Shown piece after piece: positions 39,597 to 54,497 of a DNA stretch of 64,000 bases. How positions within the stretch are numbered: position 1 is the stretch's first letter; the number at the start of each line of letters is the position of its first letter. The DNA comes from Eledone cirrhosa (taxonomy: Eukaryota), in NCBI GenBank assembly GCA_964016885.1, contig OZ024743.1:223324001-223388000 (forward strand). The letters run 5' to 3'. The notes beneath the pieces were generated by a model. It saw only the letters and a list, made by a program, of their open reading frames with translations, did no database searches and was not told the origin of the DNA. A program made the translations under genes and the position numbers.

Positions 39597-42547
39597 GTAA
39601 ACTGTAATTAAAGATTTTGTTTCAAATATCTAATTATTTAGAGCATAGAAACAACAAGCATGTCTTTTGTTCTGTTGTATTTCTCATCTTTAATAGTTTT
39701 TTTTTCTCACTAATATAATATATAATTTATTATAGAAAACAGTATTTTAGAAGGCTACATCAAGAATAGGTACACATTATCCCTATATGCCATAAGAGGT
39801 GACTTAAAGGGTTGGCATCAGGAAGGGCATCCAGTTGTAAAACATTACCACAGAAAGAACTTTATGATAAATATGAAGCCTGTTGCGGGACCTGCAAGGC
39901 TAACTTCAGTTCTTGTAAGGAAAAAGCAGCCTTAAAATGCTTGTTAGTTAGCAACGCAAATAGACAATTAATATAAAAATATAAATACCAATTGTGTTGA
40001 AATGATGCTTAATTAGTTCTTTATATTTTAAGAAAGACCCCCCCCCCCCCCCCAAAAAAAAGAAAAACGTTTGAGGAACTGTTGGTGCTGGGAATCTATT
40101 TCTTTACTAAGGAAACATGTTGAATTAGTAAACCAACACAGACTTTCTACTCTGACATAGTTCCTCAAGTGGATCTTTCCTCTATATATAAAGGACCAAG
40201 TAGATATTTCCAAGGTAGCATTTCAATACCTTCGTAATTGTAAATTTTTTGTAGCCTTCTAAAAAACTGTTTCCTAATTTTTTCCACAATCCTTCAAGCA
40301 AATTGCAATACCCTCCTCTAATTATGTTATATATGGAATTATATTTTTGTAAATTTGGACTTTTGCATGTAAATTGTTGGAAGAATTGTTTCTTAAAAAT
40401 TCAAAAGATCCTACTTCATCCTGCTAAGCATTCGATTTTGGAATGGGGAGTAGCCTTTGCTTTTGTTTGATAGATTGAGGATATCCAGCTGTAGAAACTA
40501 TGCTAAACAATTACTGAGAAGGCTCTTCAGTTTTGTCAAGGATACAACAACCTCTCTAGTGCTGGTGTCATGATAAAATGCAGCCAGTACACTCTGTAAA
40601 GTGATAAATATTAGAAAAGGCATTGAGTTTTAATGACCATCCCAAACAGTAGGCTGATAGAAATTTTTTTAGTTGTGTCATTGATATGACAACCTCTCTA
40701 GTGTTGGTGCCATGATAAAATGCACCCAGTACACTCTATAAATTAGTTGATATTAGGAAAGGTATCCAACTGTAGAATCCATATCATAGAATCGAGGACT
40801 TTTCGGTTGCGTCAAGGGCATGATAATCTATACAGTGATTAGTGTTAGGAAAAACATCCAGTCATAGAGTCAGGAGGTCCCTTGAGTTGGCTATGACAAC
40901 CTCCTTGTACACTCTGTAAAGTGTGCAAGAGCATCTCACTTGTTATAAAATTCTTTTCTAACAAAGATTTATTATACTTCCCATAGCTAACAATCTTGAG
41001 CAATGTTTCAGTACCAGACCTCTCCTAATTAATCTTCATATTAAATTCTATAATGGTGCATGTAGATTTAGAAAATGAAACGGCAAAATGAAACGGCAAA
41101 ATTTACTTAAGTGCATTTATGTTGTGGTATTCTTTTATTCTTTTACTGGCTTCTCTCATTAGACATCAGCCATGCTGGAGCACCATCTTCAAGAGTTTTA
41201 CTTGATCATATTAACCCTGGTAGTTATTTATTCAAATATGTTAATTATTTTATCTCTTTTTGTTGAACAACTAAGTTATGAAGGTGGAGGGTTGTTAACA
41301 AAATCAGACACATACACACACTCACATATAAATATATGTGATGGGCTTCAGCATAATTTCTGTATACCAAATTTTACTCACAAGGCATTGGTCCACCCAA
41401 GCCTAAGACATTTATGAAAGATGCTATGCAGAGGGACTGAACCCAGAATTGCCTGGTTGTAAAGTGAACTCCTGAACCACACAACCATGTCTGCGCCTGT
41501 TAGACCTTACCTTTTGTTTTTCACAGATTTTTTTTATGTTTATCAAATTCATGATGTTAGTATTTGTTCATTGTAAAAGTCATCATTATAGATCTTACAT
41601 TTTTGTGTTTGTTTTATTTTTGTTGTTTCTCCAGATATAATTACTATGCTTATTAAAATATATTTTCCCTTCATTTCACACATTGATCACCTTCATAAAA
41701 TTTTGTATTCTTATTTACATCTTGTATTTCTGATATATCATTTCTTTTTTGATCATCATCATTTTATGTCTGCTCTCCACACTGGCATGGGTTGGACAGG
41801 TTGTCACAGTTCGAGAGCAAATAGATCTGAATGACCAATCTTGCTGATTATGTTGCATATTTGGCATGGTTTCTACAGCTGGATGCCCTTCCTAATACCA
41901 ACCACCTTACAGGGTGTCTTGGGTGTATTTTTGTAATACCACCACTACTATTTACTAAGTGGGCTGGATGCATTTTATTGTGGCACCAACACTAACACTT
42001 TACTGGGTGTACTGGATGTATTTTATCATGGCACAAAGCCTACATTGTCTCCATTTGATTGCCAAACAGTCTCTCACCACTTTTCCTTTTTTCTCCAGTA
42101 TAATAATACAAGATAGAATCTATTGTTTTATGTCCATTTTTCCATGCTTGCATGGGTTGGATGAACAAAGCATTGAGTTTATCCTGGTTTCGTAGGCGTT
42201 AAGTGACTGAGAATATGAGAATTCCCCCTGGGTGTGACACCAGTCCATTGCAAAACTAACCCTCAACTGCTGCTGGTACTTATTTTCAGCTAAGTGAACT
42301 AGAGCAGCAGGAAATTAAGTGCCTTACCTAAGGACATAATACATCACTTGGTTTAAGAATGAAAGCCATAACTCTATGATTGAGCCCAACACCCTAATGT
42401 ACCTTCATTAAAACTAGATATCTTCTTAATATCTTCAATCTGCTTGTTTTCTCTAAATAACATACTAGTGAAGTTTGTGTAGTTTCTAAGCACCTCAGTG
42501 TTCAGTAATTTATTTTAATGATTGTTTGTATTAAGCACTTTGGTATT

Positions 42548-42749
42548 TTAACCCTTTAGAATTCTCTCATCTCCTCCTGTTCAAATTGGCCATAACCGGC
42601 TTTTCATACTGATGTTAAGGTATTATTCTCAAAATAAATAACATCAAAATCTTGTAAATTTGATATTATGTGAGATAATTATATGAGGTAAAGCCTTTAC
42701 CATGAAAATCAATAGTAAATATAGAGTAATGTAAATGCTAAAGGGTTAA
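42548..42749 (+). mobile_element. ~200-bp TTAA-flanked piggyBac-derived MITE (family A)
   Basis: ttaaCCCTTTAG...CTAAAGGGttaa; related copies near 15990-16203, 16490-16693, 26406-26610, 34469-34685 (rc) and 43358-43794. Confidence 0.72.
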
Positions 42750-43434
42750 GGAAGGAAAAGAAAAAAAGCCAACCCTTAGATCAAGCCATCCTATCCAATG
42801 ATTTAACAATGTTGCCAATCTAACATCTTTGGGCTGGCACTTTATTTATTAGACCCAATAAATGGTGGGATTTTAATTCAGCTGGATCAAACACTGCAAC
42901 ACTTTTAATTAGAAGCTATAACAATTCTATCAATTTGCTCCCTTCACTACATATTGGAATTTTAAGTATTATTAATAATTAAAATAAACCTGGTGAGTTG
43001 GCAAAAAAATGGTATAATACCGATCAAAATTACCTAAATAGTTTAATTAATTTTGATTCTCTCTATTCTAAGTTCAAATCCAACTGAGCTCAACTTCATT
43101 TTTCATTCTGGGGTTGTTTTAATTAATGCCACTACTTTGTTAATGTTAGGTTTATAGTTTGGCATTTTTAATACCAACCCACCTGAAACCACTTCGGATT
43201 CTATGATACTAAACTAAATGTGTATATTCAAACTTTCCATCATAATTTTATGTTAAATAATGCTCCAAACAGCAGTTGATTATATGACTAAATTCTTTTA
43301 AATTAACGATTATTTTGATTGAAACATGGGCAATGTATTTCATGAAAAATATGGTATTTAAACTGGCCGTATTCAGCCAGAATCCTCTCACCTCTTTCTA
43401 TTCAAACCGGCTGCTCAACTGATGTTAAGGTATT

Positions 43435-43702
43435 CATCATCATCATCATTTTAAGTCCGCTTTTTCCCTGCTTGCAAGGGTGGGATGGGAACTGATTCTG
43501 GCTTGATTTCTACAGCTGGATGCCCTTCCTAACACCAACCTCATTTACAGTGAGTGCTGGGTGCTTTTTTTCCGTGGCGCCTACATGTCCACTTTATAGT
43601 GTGGGCTGGGTGCTTTTTTGCCGTGGCACCTCCACAACCACTTTGCAGTGGAATGATATGGACCCCAATCCCTATCATCTCATTTCTACAGCTGAGTAAA
43701 CT
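43435..43702 (-). mobile_element. CORE-type SINE, 5'-truncated, inserted in a family A MITE
   Basis: Reverse complement of 19590-19830; MITE sequence resumes at gtattgttctcaaaataa. Confidence 0.78.
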
Positions 43703-46700
43703 GTATTGTTCTCAAAATAAAAAATATCAAAATCTCAGGTTTGCCACGAAAATATAATAGTAAATATAGAGTAATGCAAATGTTAAAGGGTTAAATATGC
43801 ATAAATTTTAGTAGGAAGATTTGCTTTTACCCCACAAAAGCTTGTGGTAGGAAAGTCATTATGTATTTAAGTGTAAACCATGGTGGTGAATTGTTCAAAT
43901 GCTGGATAGAATGTTTTGCGGTATTTGTTTCGGCAGACTGCTCTCTCAGCCCAAATCCTGCCATGGTCAGTTTTGCCTATTATCCTTTTGAGTTTGAGAA
44001 AAAAAGTGCCAGTACTGGAGTTGATTCTTCCTCTTTATCTCTTTCTCACTTTCTCACCAAATTTAACGTGCCCAAGAAAAGCTGTATGGCACTACAGTGC
44101 CCCTAGAACTCCAAGAGATATGAGTTCTTACATACATACACACGTGAAAGCAAATAGATCAAGACAAAAAAAAGAGTACTAAAGTATTAATTTCCAAAAT
44201 TACTTGATATTTCTTCTTTGGGGGAGAAGGGGGGGGGGGTCACTGCTTGGTATCTCACCAGACCTTGAGATTTCATCTTTGAAGGGGTTTCTATTTTGGT
44301 ATCTCACCAATCTTTGATATTTCTTCTTTGAAGGGTCTCTACTTTGGTATCTCACTAGACCTTGATATTTCATCTTTGAGCGGGTGAGGGTCTCTGTTTT
44401 GGTATCTAACCAGACCTTGAGTGTGTATTCATAAAATGTTCTGCTGTGCTTGTTGACAACATTTTTTTTTTATCTCATAACCTGTTTTAAAACAACTAAA
44501 TTATAATCAGAATACTATAATATTTCTTGCCTCACAAATAAATCCAATAGCCAAAGTTGGCACTTGCGTATTTGACACCCTAGACTAACCCTAAAATATC
44601 TGTCCGTCCACTCCATTTTTGTACACAGCACACATCTACTTCTCTCCTCTCTGTAATAACTCCACAATCTCACTGTACTTACCTCTCATTGTTCTGACAT
44701 TTAATGTGGCAAATTTGAGGTCCCATACTTGATGGGAAGAGGGTTACATGGATGTCTGTCTTTTTCACATACAAAGTGTGTGTGGGCTTGTATCACGGAG
44801 TTGAGGGCGATAACCTTCACCCGCCAAGTTGCAATGACAAGGTGAGGGGATGGGGGAAGGAGGGGATGAGTGGCATCCAGCACTAAACTTAGGCTAAGAG
44901 GAGCTACAATAAAATATTCATTTCACAGTAACGTTTTAGGCTACATTTAAAAGAATTAATTGACGAGCTTAAGATACAATAACGGTAATATTTAGTTCGA
45001 AATCTAGAAGTTTTGTTGGCTACATATGAATAATTTATATATTTATTGCTATTTTGTAAGGGTATATAGAAAATTTCGGAATCTGTTGTGTTGGAAGTTG
45101 AAACTTTGAAATTATTGCCACTTTCTTTATATATATATATATATATAATCATCATTATCATCATCACCGTTTAATGTCCATTTTTCTACGTTGGCATGGG
45201 TTAGACGAGTTGTCCTGTTGTGGGCAATGCCAGGTCAGGTGACCATGTCATGCTCATACAGAACCGATTTTGGCTTGGTTTCTACAGCTGGATGCCCTTC
45301 CTAGTGCCAACCTCTTTACAATGAGTACTGGGTGCTTTTTGTTGTGACGCCTACACGGCCACTTTACAGTGTGTACTGGGCGCTTTTTGCCATGTTGCCA
45401 TCACGACCACTTTACAGTGAGGGCCGGGCGCTTTTTGTCGTGTAACCATCACGACCACTTTACAGTGTGGGCCGCAGGCTTCACTGGATGTATACTTCAG
45501 CTTCTCATGGGAGTGGGTAAATGGGGTCATGTATACTATATATATGCTTTGGCCCGTGCCTGTGGGAAGTCGGGTCTTCTGTATAGTGACAATAAGTTCA
45601 AAGTTTCACCTTGGTCACTTCCTCTGGCACTATGGTATTTTAAACACACATTCTAACATATATAAAATATATAATAGATATGTACAGTATATTTTAGTGT
45701 GTGCATAAAAAAGCCCACTGTCTCTTATGGAATTGTGTAAGTCTTGTAAAATGTATGTTTATGTATATTTGTGTGTTAACTGAAAATGTAATCCAATTTA
45801 CTTTCTATCTAGTGTTAGAGAAAATAGGCGAATGTTTTGGGTTTTTTCCCACCAATTATATATGGATCTTTTCTGCCATGCACTTTAACTGTGTGTGTGT
45901 ATGACTGAACACACACTCAAGTAGGATTAGAGCAGCTGAAGAGGATTGGACTGATTGAAAGAGTATAAAACATAAAACAAACAGATTAATATAGTCTGGA
46001 AAGTTCATATTTATAAGTTGAGTTTTTTATATATGGAAAGCATTAAATCACTTACTTTACTGGTCTTCTCACTGATGTCACTGTTGTATAGCTACTTACC
46101 CAAACTCTGGTTAGAAATTCTGAGTTTCACATGAGCTCACATATGCATATTCGCTAACTAGAAATTCCCATGCGGAAAGAGGCCATGTTGTTTTGCCCTT
46201 TCACTCACATGATGTTGCTCTTCCTGTTACGTACAGTGCACCACCCATAACCACACACTCTTTTTTGGTATCAAATCAAGCTGTCTGAAAATTCCCTGGT
46301 TCTATAGTGGAAAAAAAAAAGATGTTTTAAAGTCTTCTTGTTTAAATTTAAACTTGCTATAAGAATTTTTTGTAAGAATTTATTTTTAAATTCTGTTCCA
46401 AACACCAACATAATAACAAGAAAGTTAATTATATTACTCATTTCAAAAGTTTTATTATTTTAAAAATTAATTCAAAATCTTAAGCAATGTATTTCATTAG
46501 AAATATGGTACATTTCTTTGAATCTTAAATGGACTTCCAGAGGAGTCTGTACTGTAGTGGATTGAGTAATTAATAAGAGCCATATACTGTGGTGATTTGA
46601 GAAATTCACTGGAACTGTGCTAAATAAAGGCATATAGCCTAGCAGTTGGGGTGATGTGTTCAAGACTATAAGGCCTTGGTCTCAATGTTAGTGTTATGTT

Positions 46701-49700
46701 GTATCCTTGAGCAAGGCATTTACATTGCTCCTGTTTACTTGTGATTTCATTGGTGCCAACTTATATTAGCCTTTGCTTTTCTCTTCTCTTAGAAAACATT
46801 AGTGGTATGGAGAGGGGAAATTTGCATGCATGGGCAACTGTTGTCCTTCCTCAAAACACCTTGCTCAGGCCTGTGCCTTGGAGAACTTTCCAAGTGCAAA
46901 ACTCATGTTAACTCATGACCAAAAGGAGCCTATTTATATCTGCTCTTTTATATACTGTGTGGTGATTCAAATGGTTCATTAATGTAAGGTTATACTGTTT
47001 TTGTGGAAAATTTAAACAGGATTTTACTGTCGTGTCCCACATGAAACTACATTAGCAATACATTCTTGAAATGTAAAAAAAAACAGCACTAAAAATTGAA
47101 GTCTTTCCTTTAATATTGCAAAGTTTCATAACAGGGAAGGTACTACAAAACATTTGAATTAACAAAGCTATTTTAAAATATTTTCTGCTATATGTTAAGA
47201 GTTAAACAGACTCTTGCTCTGTATCTATGCTATAAGAAAGATGGTTTAATTCTTAACATCCTGTTATGAATTAACAGAAAATATATAAAAACAAGTTTGT
47301 TAATTTAAATGTTTATAGTATCTTCACTACTTGATAGATTGTTGTGAAACTTTGCAGTATTTTTGTTAAGACTTTGTTTTAACGTGATGCAGTCATAGTG
47401 CTGTTTTATACTTTTCAAAAATGCTTTACTAATACGGTTTTGTATGTTACAAGACATTAAAAGTTATACACCATATTTAGAAAAAAGCAAATAAGTTTGG
47501 TAAATGTATAGGAATCTGATGTTTGGCTTGCTTTTGATTTAACACTAAATCTAAAAGTTATTAACATTAGTCCTGCTGCTTCCTAGCTTTGATATTTAAT
47601 CTTATCTTTTATCAAGGTCTACATGCAACCATATTGTTGGAACTGTTCACACGTGTGCCGTAGAAAGCCAAAGAAAACTAATGCGTGTGTGAGTAATAAT
47701 GAGAATATTCTTTGCTGGGTGTAAAAGTGGGCACAAAGAAGGTTTAATGAGTATGTTGAGGTGATTGAAAGTGAACAGTGACAATTGGGCAAAGTTGACT
47801 AGACACTATTACAAATAAGCAGACTTAACCCTTTTGATATCAGTCTGTTTGTTTTAACCCTTTAGTTAGTTTTAAAATGTTTATATTTGTTTACAAATGC
47901 CATGATTTTATATAAGAACTTTTAGGTTATGTTTCAAACGTCAGCTTAGTTTGAAATCTAGAAGTTTTGTTGGCTACATACAAATAATTTATATATTCAT
48001 AGCTATTTTGTAATTCATACTAAATTCTTGCGAATTCTTGAATTTTTTTCAAAATTTTTGAAACACAGGCAATGGATTTCATGAGAAAATGCTAACAAAA
48101 GGGTTAATTGGTAGACTGATGACCAATATCACATTACATACACTAAGGAAAATTAAAAAAACAAAGAACCCAGCATAGAATTTTGATTTCAAGAATATCT
48201 TGTATGTAATGTACAGTGAATTGATGGAAAAAAAAATTTGATTTGTCTGTATATTTGTTTTATTGATCATCACCACCGTTGCTTTACATTAATCTTTTTT
48301 TCTTCTCATTTCGTGGGTTGGACGGGTCTGTTCCAGTTACAGGATTTCATCATTTGTCGCTGTCAATTGTCATCTGAGACACAAACTTCAGAGAATTAGT
48401 CAGATTAAATGCTTAAATGCCTTGCTATTTGTTCCAGCTTTCTGCACTCTGAGTCAATAATACCTTTCATTCTTTTCGGGGTTGATAAATAACAGTACCA
48501 GACCATGGCCGGTGGATTGGGTGAATTATTAAAGAGTCAAGTTGGATGTTTTTATCTATTTGATCAGGCTATGTGTTCTGAATTAAAATTCTGCTTTCTT
48601 CTGCCATAAATTGTGACTGTCAGATAGTATCAGCAATGGAAAGACCAATGGAAACATTGTTTCTTTGGTCCTCTCTTATGATTGGCTCCTTTTTTTAATT
48701 TCATTTGATAAGCTATGTTTATAAAATACTTATGTCTCAACTCAGATATTATAATATTTGAGATCTTATATTGGATTTCATGTAAGTGTATTTCAAACTT
48801 TCATTGTGGTGGCATTGGTAATATTGAATAATTCTTGATAACTCTGCAATACAGAGTGTATACACTTTGCTCTTTTGCTTTTTTCAATCATTAGATAAGT
48901 ATAAATATTTATAAATAAACACTTTTGTATTCTAGAATTGGGGGCAATTCCAGTCAGTTTAAAAGATACATGATAATATTGTTGTATTGGCTGAATTTTC
49001 TTAGTCAGAAGGGTGTGCCAATAAGGTTGTATCAAATATAGTTATAGAGTCTGGTTTCTGTCAACATTTTTGATTCTACATAACCTTTTTGTTATCATAT
49101 TTCTAATGAAATACACTACCGATGTGAATCAATTGTTTTCAAAGTGATCACAAATCTTGAAGAATTTAACCTTATTTAACTACACATCATCATCATCATG
49201 TTATATCTGTTTTCCATGTTATCATGGGCTGGATAGGTCGGAATGACCCTAATTCGCTCATTACGTTCCATATTTGGCATGGTTTCTATGGCTAAATGTC
49301 CTTTCTAATACCAACCACTTTACCAAGTGTACTGGGTGCATTTTATCCTTTGTGACCCTTAAATTGCATGTGTTACCATTTCACACATTAACTTCTACAC
49401 ACACACACACTGGCTAATCGAATACTGGTTGAATATTGGACTTAAACCCTCTACTTTTGGTACTATGATTCACATATATATGAATTTCTCTTTCTTTTCT
49501 TAACATACTGTGATAATTTTGCAGAAAATATCTAAATACAGGTTTCTTAATTCAAATGTTTGATATTGTCATAGTACTGTTTTGTACTTTTCAAGAATGT
49601 CTTGCTCATGTTATTTCATAGATCTAAAGAACTAAGACATTAAAGAAAGACTAGATGTGATATAAGAGGAAAGAACATGTCTTCTTTTGCTACACAACTT

Positions 49701-51496
49701 ATATTTGTTTTAGGAAACCCATTGTAATTTTCTTTTAAAACTTTTTTCTTACTATATTTCCAATGAAAGACACTAATTATGATTTTCAAATAATTTTGAA
49801 AGTAATAAAAAATTTAAAGGGATTTAGTAACTAACTTTCTCATGATTAAACTGGTGTTTGGTGCATAACTTAAGAAAGATTCTTACAAAAAATTATGATT
49901 GAAGGTTTAAAACAAGCAGCTTTGTATCATAGAACCAGGATCTGATTCAGGCAGTTTGGTAAAGAAAGGGTTAATCATGACTACATAACTGAGTAACTAT
50001 ATTCTATGATGTTATATTTTCAATAGTATTTTGCTTTGTGATGTGGTAAATTGAATTCCCTGGACATCTTTTGATCCCTTCTTGTAATTACTTCAACTAT
50101 ATTGTTAATGTTTTTTAAAAAATTATTTTTTTACAATAATATCAATCATGAACATTACAACTTTTAGTTTCATTTGTCAAATCAGGAAGAGGGCATCACA
50201 CCAGAAGGAGCCCTATGAAATGGAATAGTTGATGTAGTGGATATTGTTCAGCTGTTCTCCTTCGCAAGGTTTTCATCATTTTGTCTGTGGGGTGCAGTTG
50301 AGATTGGCTGTCCAGCTGAGGCTGTAGAGTTTACCCCCATCTTATTCTCATACCTTCATCATCATTGTTTAAACAAGTTGTCCTATTTAAGACAAGTCAG
50401 GTCAGGTGACCATGTCTTGCTCATACAGAACTGTTTCTGCCTTGATTTCTATGGCTCGATGTCCTTCCAAATGTTAACCACATTTCCAGTGTGCACTGGG
50501 TGCTTTTTATCATGATACCAACACAACTACTTTACAGTGTGGACTTGGTGCTTTTTATCGTGATACCAATGCAACCACTTTACGTGTGAATTGGGTGCTT
50601 TTTATCATGATACCAACACGACCACTTTACAGTGTGGGCTGGGGTGTTGGGGGAGTGTAAGGGCGTGGGTGTTAGGGTGTGTATGGTGTATGGAAGTGGT
50701 GGGGGGAAAATAGAGGTAAAGTAGTGCATACTAGATGTATTCTTCAACCTGTGCACTGGGAAGATGGGTCTTCTCTCTTTTAGTTGTGTTACTGATCATC
50801 ATCATTATTGTTGTTATATGTCTGCTGGCATAGGTTTTATGGGTTATCACAGTCCGAGACTAGACAAATCAGAGACCTCATCTTCCACATATGTTCTATA
50901 TTTGGCACAGTTTCTACAACTGGATGCTCTTCCTAATGCCAACCATTCACTATAATGATTAGTTGATTCTTCATATCACTGTTTTATAAAGGAACAATAA
51001 TGTTATATTTAATTTCCTAGAGTATTTCATCTCCCCTCCTCATGTATATGAGGTTAAAGAGTTTTCTTTGCATCCAAGTGTTTCAGGGTTTGATTCTTCT
51101 GCACAATATTTTGAGTGAGTTTCTTCTCCCATGGCCTTATGTCAACCTAAGCTGTGTGAATGAAATTTAGTAGGCAAAATCTGTTCAGATATTTTGTCAG
51201 GTGGATGGCAGAATCAATGGGCTATCAGCCCAAATACCTTAATTTATTTAGTTTACATCCCTTCACACCCAGTTCAACTCCAGTTTTTCCTCCTTCCGAT
51301 ATCTCTTGTTATAATCACCTAAAACTCTTGAAGGTGGTCCTCCTCAACATTACAGCAATTTGATTAACTTAAATCATTCAGAAAATAAAAGAGTATATAC
51401 ACACATCCTTTGATCATTTTCTCTACAATTTCATTACTCATCATTTCTTTGTTCCAAGCCCCCCCCCCCCCCCCATCCCCAAATATATATATATAA

Positions 51497-52425
51497 TCAT
51501 CATCACTGTTTAACAGCCATTTTTCCATGCTAGCATGGGTTACATGAGTTGTCGTGTGAGACAAGCCAGATCAGATGACCTTATCTTGCTCTTACAGAAC
51601 TGATTTTGGCTTTGTTTCTATGGCTGGAGGCCCTTCCTAATGCCAACCACATTTACAGAGTGGACTGGGTGCTTTTTATCGTGACACCAAAATGACCACT
51701 TTACAGTGTGGGCTGTGTCACCTACATGACCGTTTTATAGTATGGACTGAGCCCTTTTTGTCATGACACCAAGATGACCACTATTCAGGATGGACTGAAG
51801 GCTGAGGTGGGGAAGTGTGCGGGGATTGGAGAGCTAGATCTAGGGTAATGGATATATCTGGTGATGGGTTGGGTATAGGTATGTGGGTGAAGGGTGGTGT
51901 GTTAGGATGTAGGAGGTGTATGGAAGAGAGAGGGGAAAGTAGGGGAAGTGGTACATACTAGATGTCTAATTCAATCCATGCACATGGGAAGGTGGCTCTT
52001 CTGTATTACAGCACAATGCCAGAGATCTTGATCTTGTGTCATTGGCTTTAAGAGGTGCAGCTGTGCAAGGTCAGCTTTTATCACCTCCTCCATAGTCTTC
52101 CTAGGTTTTCATACTCCATAGCTTCCATCAACTTTGAGCACCCTGCACCTTTTTATACAGCTGTCATCCTTCATACACATCATATGGCCATACCAATACA
52201 ATCTTCTCTCCTGCACACTGCATCTGATCTCTCTTATGCTCAGTTTTTCTCTCAGTTGATTTATGCTTTGCCGTTCATGTATGTTACTCTTATACATCCA
52301 TTGAAGCATGCTAGCTCCATTTCTTTCCAATTTTCGCAGGTCCTCTACACACAGTGCCCAGATCTCACTAACATGTAACATTGCTTTTCGTATACACACA
52401 TCTGCTCTTCATTTTAAGGGAAAAA
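51497..52425 (-). mobile_element. Older RTE-clade LINE 3' fragment
   Basis: AMLHVSEIWALCVEDLRKLERN...WYGHMMCMKDDSC; diverged 3' UTR. Confidence 0.8.
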
Positions 52426-52774
52426 CCTTTTTTTTTTTTTTTTGTTCAACGTTTGCTGTTTTTATCCCAATAACTATCCATGGATAACTCTGTGGTTTCT
52501 ATTGATGCACTGGTGGTGAATAGTCCTCTCTTATAAAGCATCCGAAACTATAATGATTCCCAGAAAGACAGCTGATGAGCAGGAGTTGTCCATGTACTTG
52601 TCTCTTCCACGTTTTCTGTTTCCTATATTTCTACTGTGTTTATATATATCCTGTCATGAAAAAAATTAGGTATCAGCAATTCACTGATAAAAGTCTTTTT
52701 AAACTGAAAATTTTGAACAAAATACTGTTTTATGTGCATTGTTTGGGCGACATCTAATCTTCAAAATTATTTTG

Positions 52775-53209
52775 GACTGGACCGAGATCGTTGGCGCTAC
52801 GCAGTAATACAGAAGACCCGCCTTGCCTAAGTACAAAGCGAAACCTACAGTCAGTAGGCACCTCTTAACCAAAATACACCCCCGTCCCACTACCTTACCC
52901 CCACCCCCATCTACACCACCCCTTCCAATGTAAAGTTATGTTGGTACCACAACATCCAGTCCTAAATAAATGAGGTCGTGTAGGTGTCACGACAAAACAA
53001 CACAGTCGAATCTGTAATGTGGCCATGTAGGTAACACGGTAAAAACCTCCCAGTCCACACTGTAAACGTGGTTGGTGTTAGGAAGGGCATCCAGCCGTAG
53101 AAAACCCGCCAGACAGTCCTGAGCAAGACAACCAATCTTGCCTCAAGTGGGACAATTCCTGGACCCATGCTGGCGTGGAACATGGATGTTAAACGATGAT
53201 GATGATGAT
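52775..53209 (+). mobile_element. RTE-clade LINE 3' end
   Basis: Matches the shared RTE 3' UTR; (gat)n tail followed directly by an internally deleted CORE-SINE (53210-53408). Confidence 0.82.
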
Positions 53210-54497
53210 GGTTTAGTGGTTAGAGTATTGGCCTTGCAATTGAAAGGTTGTGAGTTCAATTCTCAGACCGGGTGATGTGTTGTTTCCTTGAGCAAGACAC
53301 TTTATTTCACATTGCTCCAGTTTACTCGGCTGTAAAAATCAAGCCAGAATCAGTTCCCATCCCACCCTTGCAAGCAGGGAAAAGCGAACATAAAATGATG
53401 ATGATGATATCGGCCTGGAGAGGGATAGGCTCTGCCAGGCTTTAAAAATGGCCAAGAAACGCTGTATGTCAATATACAGTGCCCCTGTGACTCTATCAGG
53501 AGTTACTGGACCACACACACACACAGACATATATATATATCTGATTTAAATTATAAATAACGATTTATTACTTCTTTTGAAAAAGATACTTATATCACTA
53601 AAAATATATTATTTTGTACACTATGAAAGACATTTAAAGCTATATATCATCATCACCATTTAATGTCTGCTTTTCCTGCTAGCAAGGGTTTGACGGGTCT
53701 ACATAGACCAAGTCAGTACTGAAACAGGGCCACTGACATCTTAGACAGACTGAGGAGGTCAGTATCCCGCTTAGTACAGCCATTTTTGAGTGCGAGAAGC
53801 TTTCTACGGCTGGATGCCCTTCCTATCACCAACAACTTTACAGCATGTACTTGGTGTATTTATCATATAGGTCACCAACACTAGAGAGATTGTGTCTTTG
53901 ACATAGCTGAAGGGTCCTCTCAACCCTTTTAGGCATGGTTTCTACAGCGAGGTGTCCTTCATGTCACCAGCCATCCATATGCCGTGTATCAGGTGCATTT
54001 TCATGGCACCATTATTAGAGATTTTTTATCACAGACCCAACTGTAGAGCCCTCTCAGCTCTGGGGAGGGGGCTATAGTGGAGGGAGATAGGTATTGAGTT
54101 ATAGCTATTTGTGAGGATGAGTTGGGGAGGCTGATTAGTATATGGGGATGAGGTAGTATGAGGGATGTGGTGGAAAGATAGGTAAGGGGTAAGGGTAGCT
54201 GGTTTGTGTATGGGGAAAGGGTATGCTGTGGTGTGGTGGAAATATAGGAAAGGAGGTAGTTGGAGGTAAAGGGTGGTAATGGGTTGTGAACAATGGTTAG
54301 AGAGTGTAGCTACTAGGGTGCATATAGAACTATATTATCTAATGTGTCCTGTACTTATATGACGGTTGGCTCACCTGGGTGGAGGCAGTATGCAACTAGC
54401 TAGATCAGAGAAGCAGTACCCTTATTGTATGTGTTTTTATTTGTATATTGTTTGTGTTGTTATAGTCTTAACCGTTTCTTTTTGCCATATATTACAG

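Noticed and set aside
44200-44420. Degenerate ~45-bp tandem repeats
   Set aside because: An ordinary decayed minisatellite with no coding or structural signal.
52540-52625. GAAAC...CTGATGA motif, with a related copy at 60825-60900
   Set aside because: I could not build the required helices, and the second copy has CCGATGA; it is treated as an unclassified repeat.
54060-54300. G-rich potential quadruplex region
   Set aside because: It follows a decayed LINE-type tail, and similar G-rich tracts occur in other LINE 3' UTR copies here.
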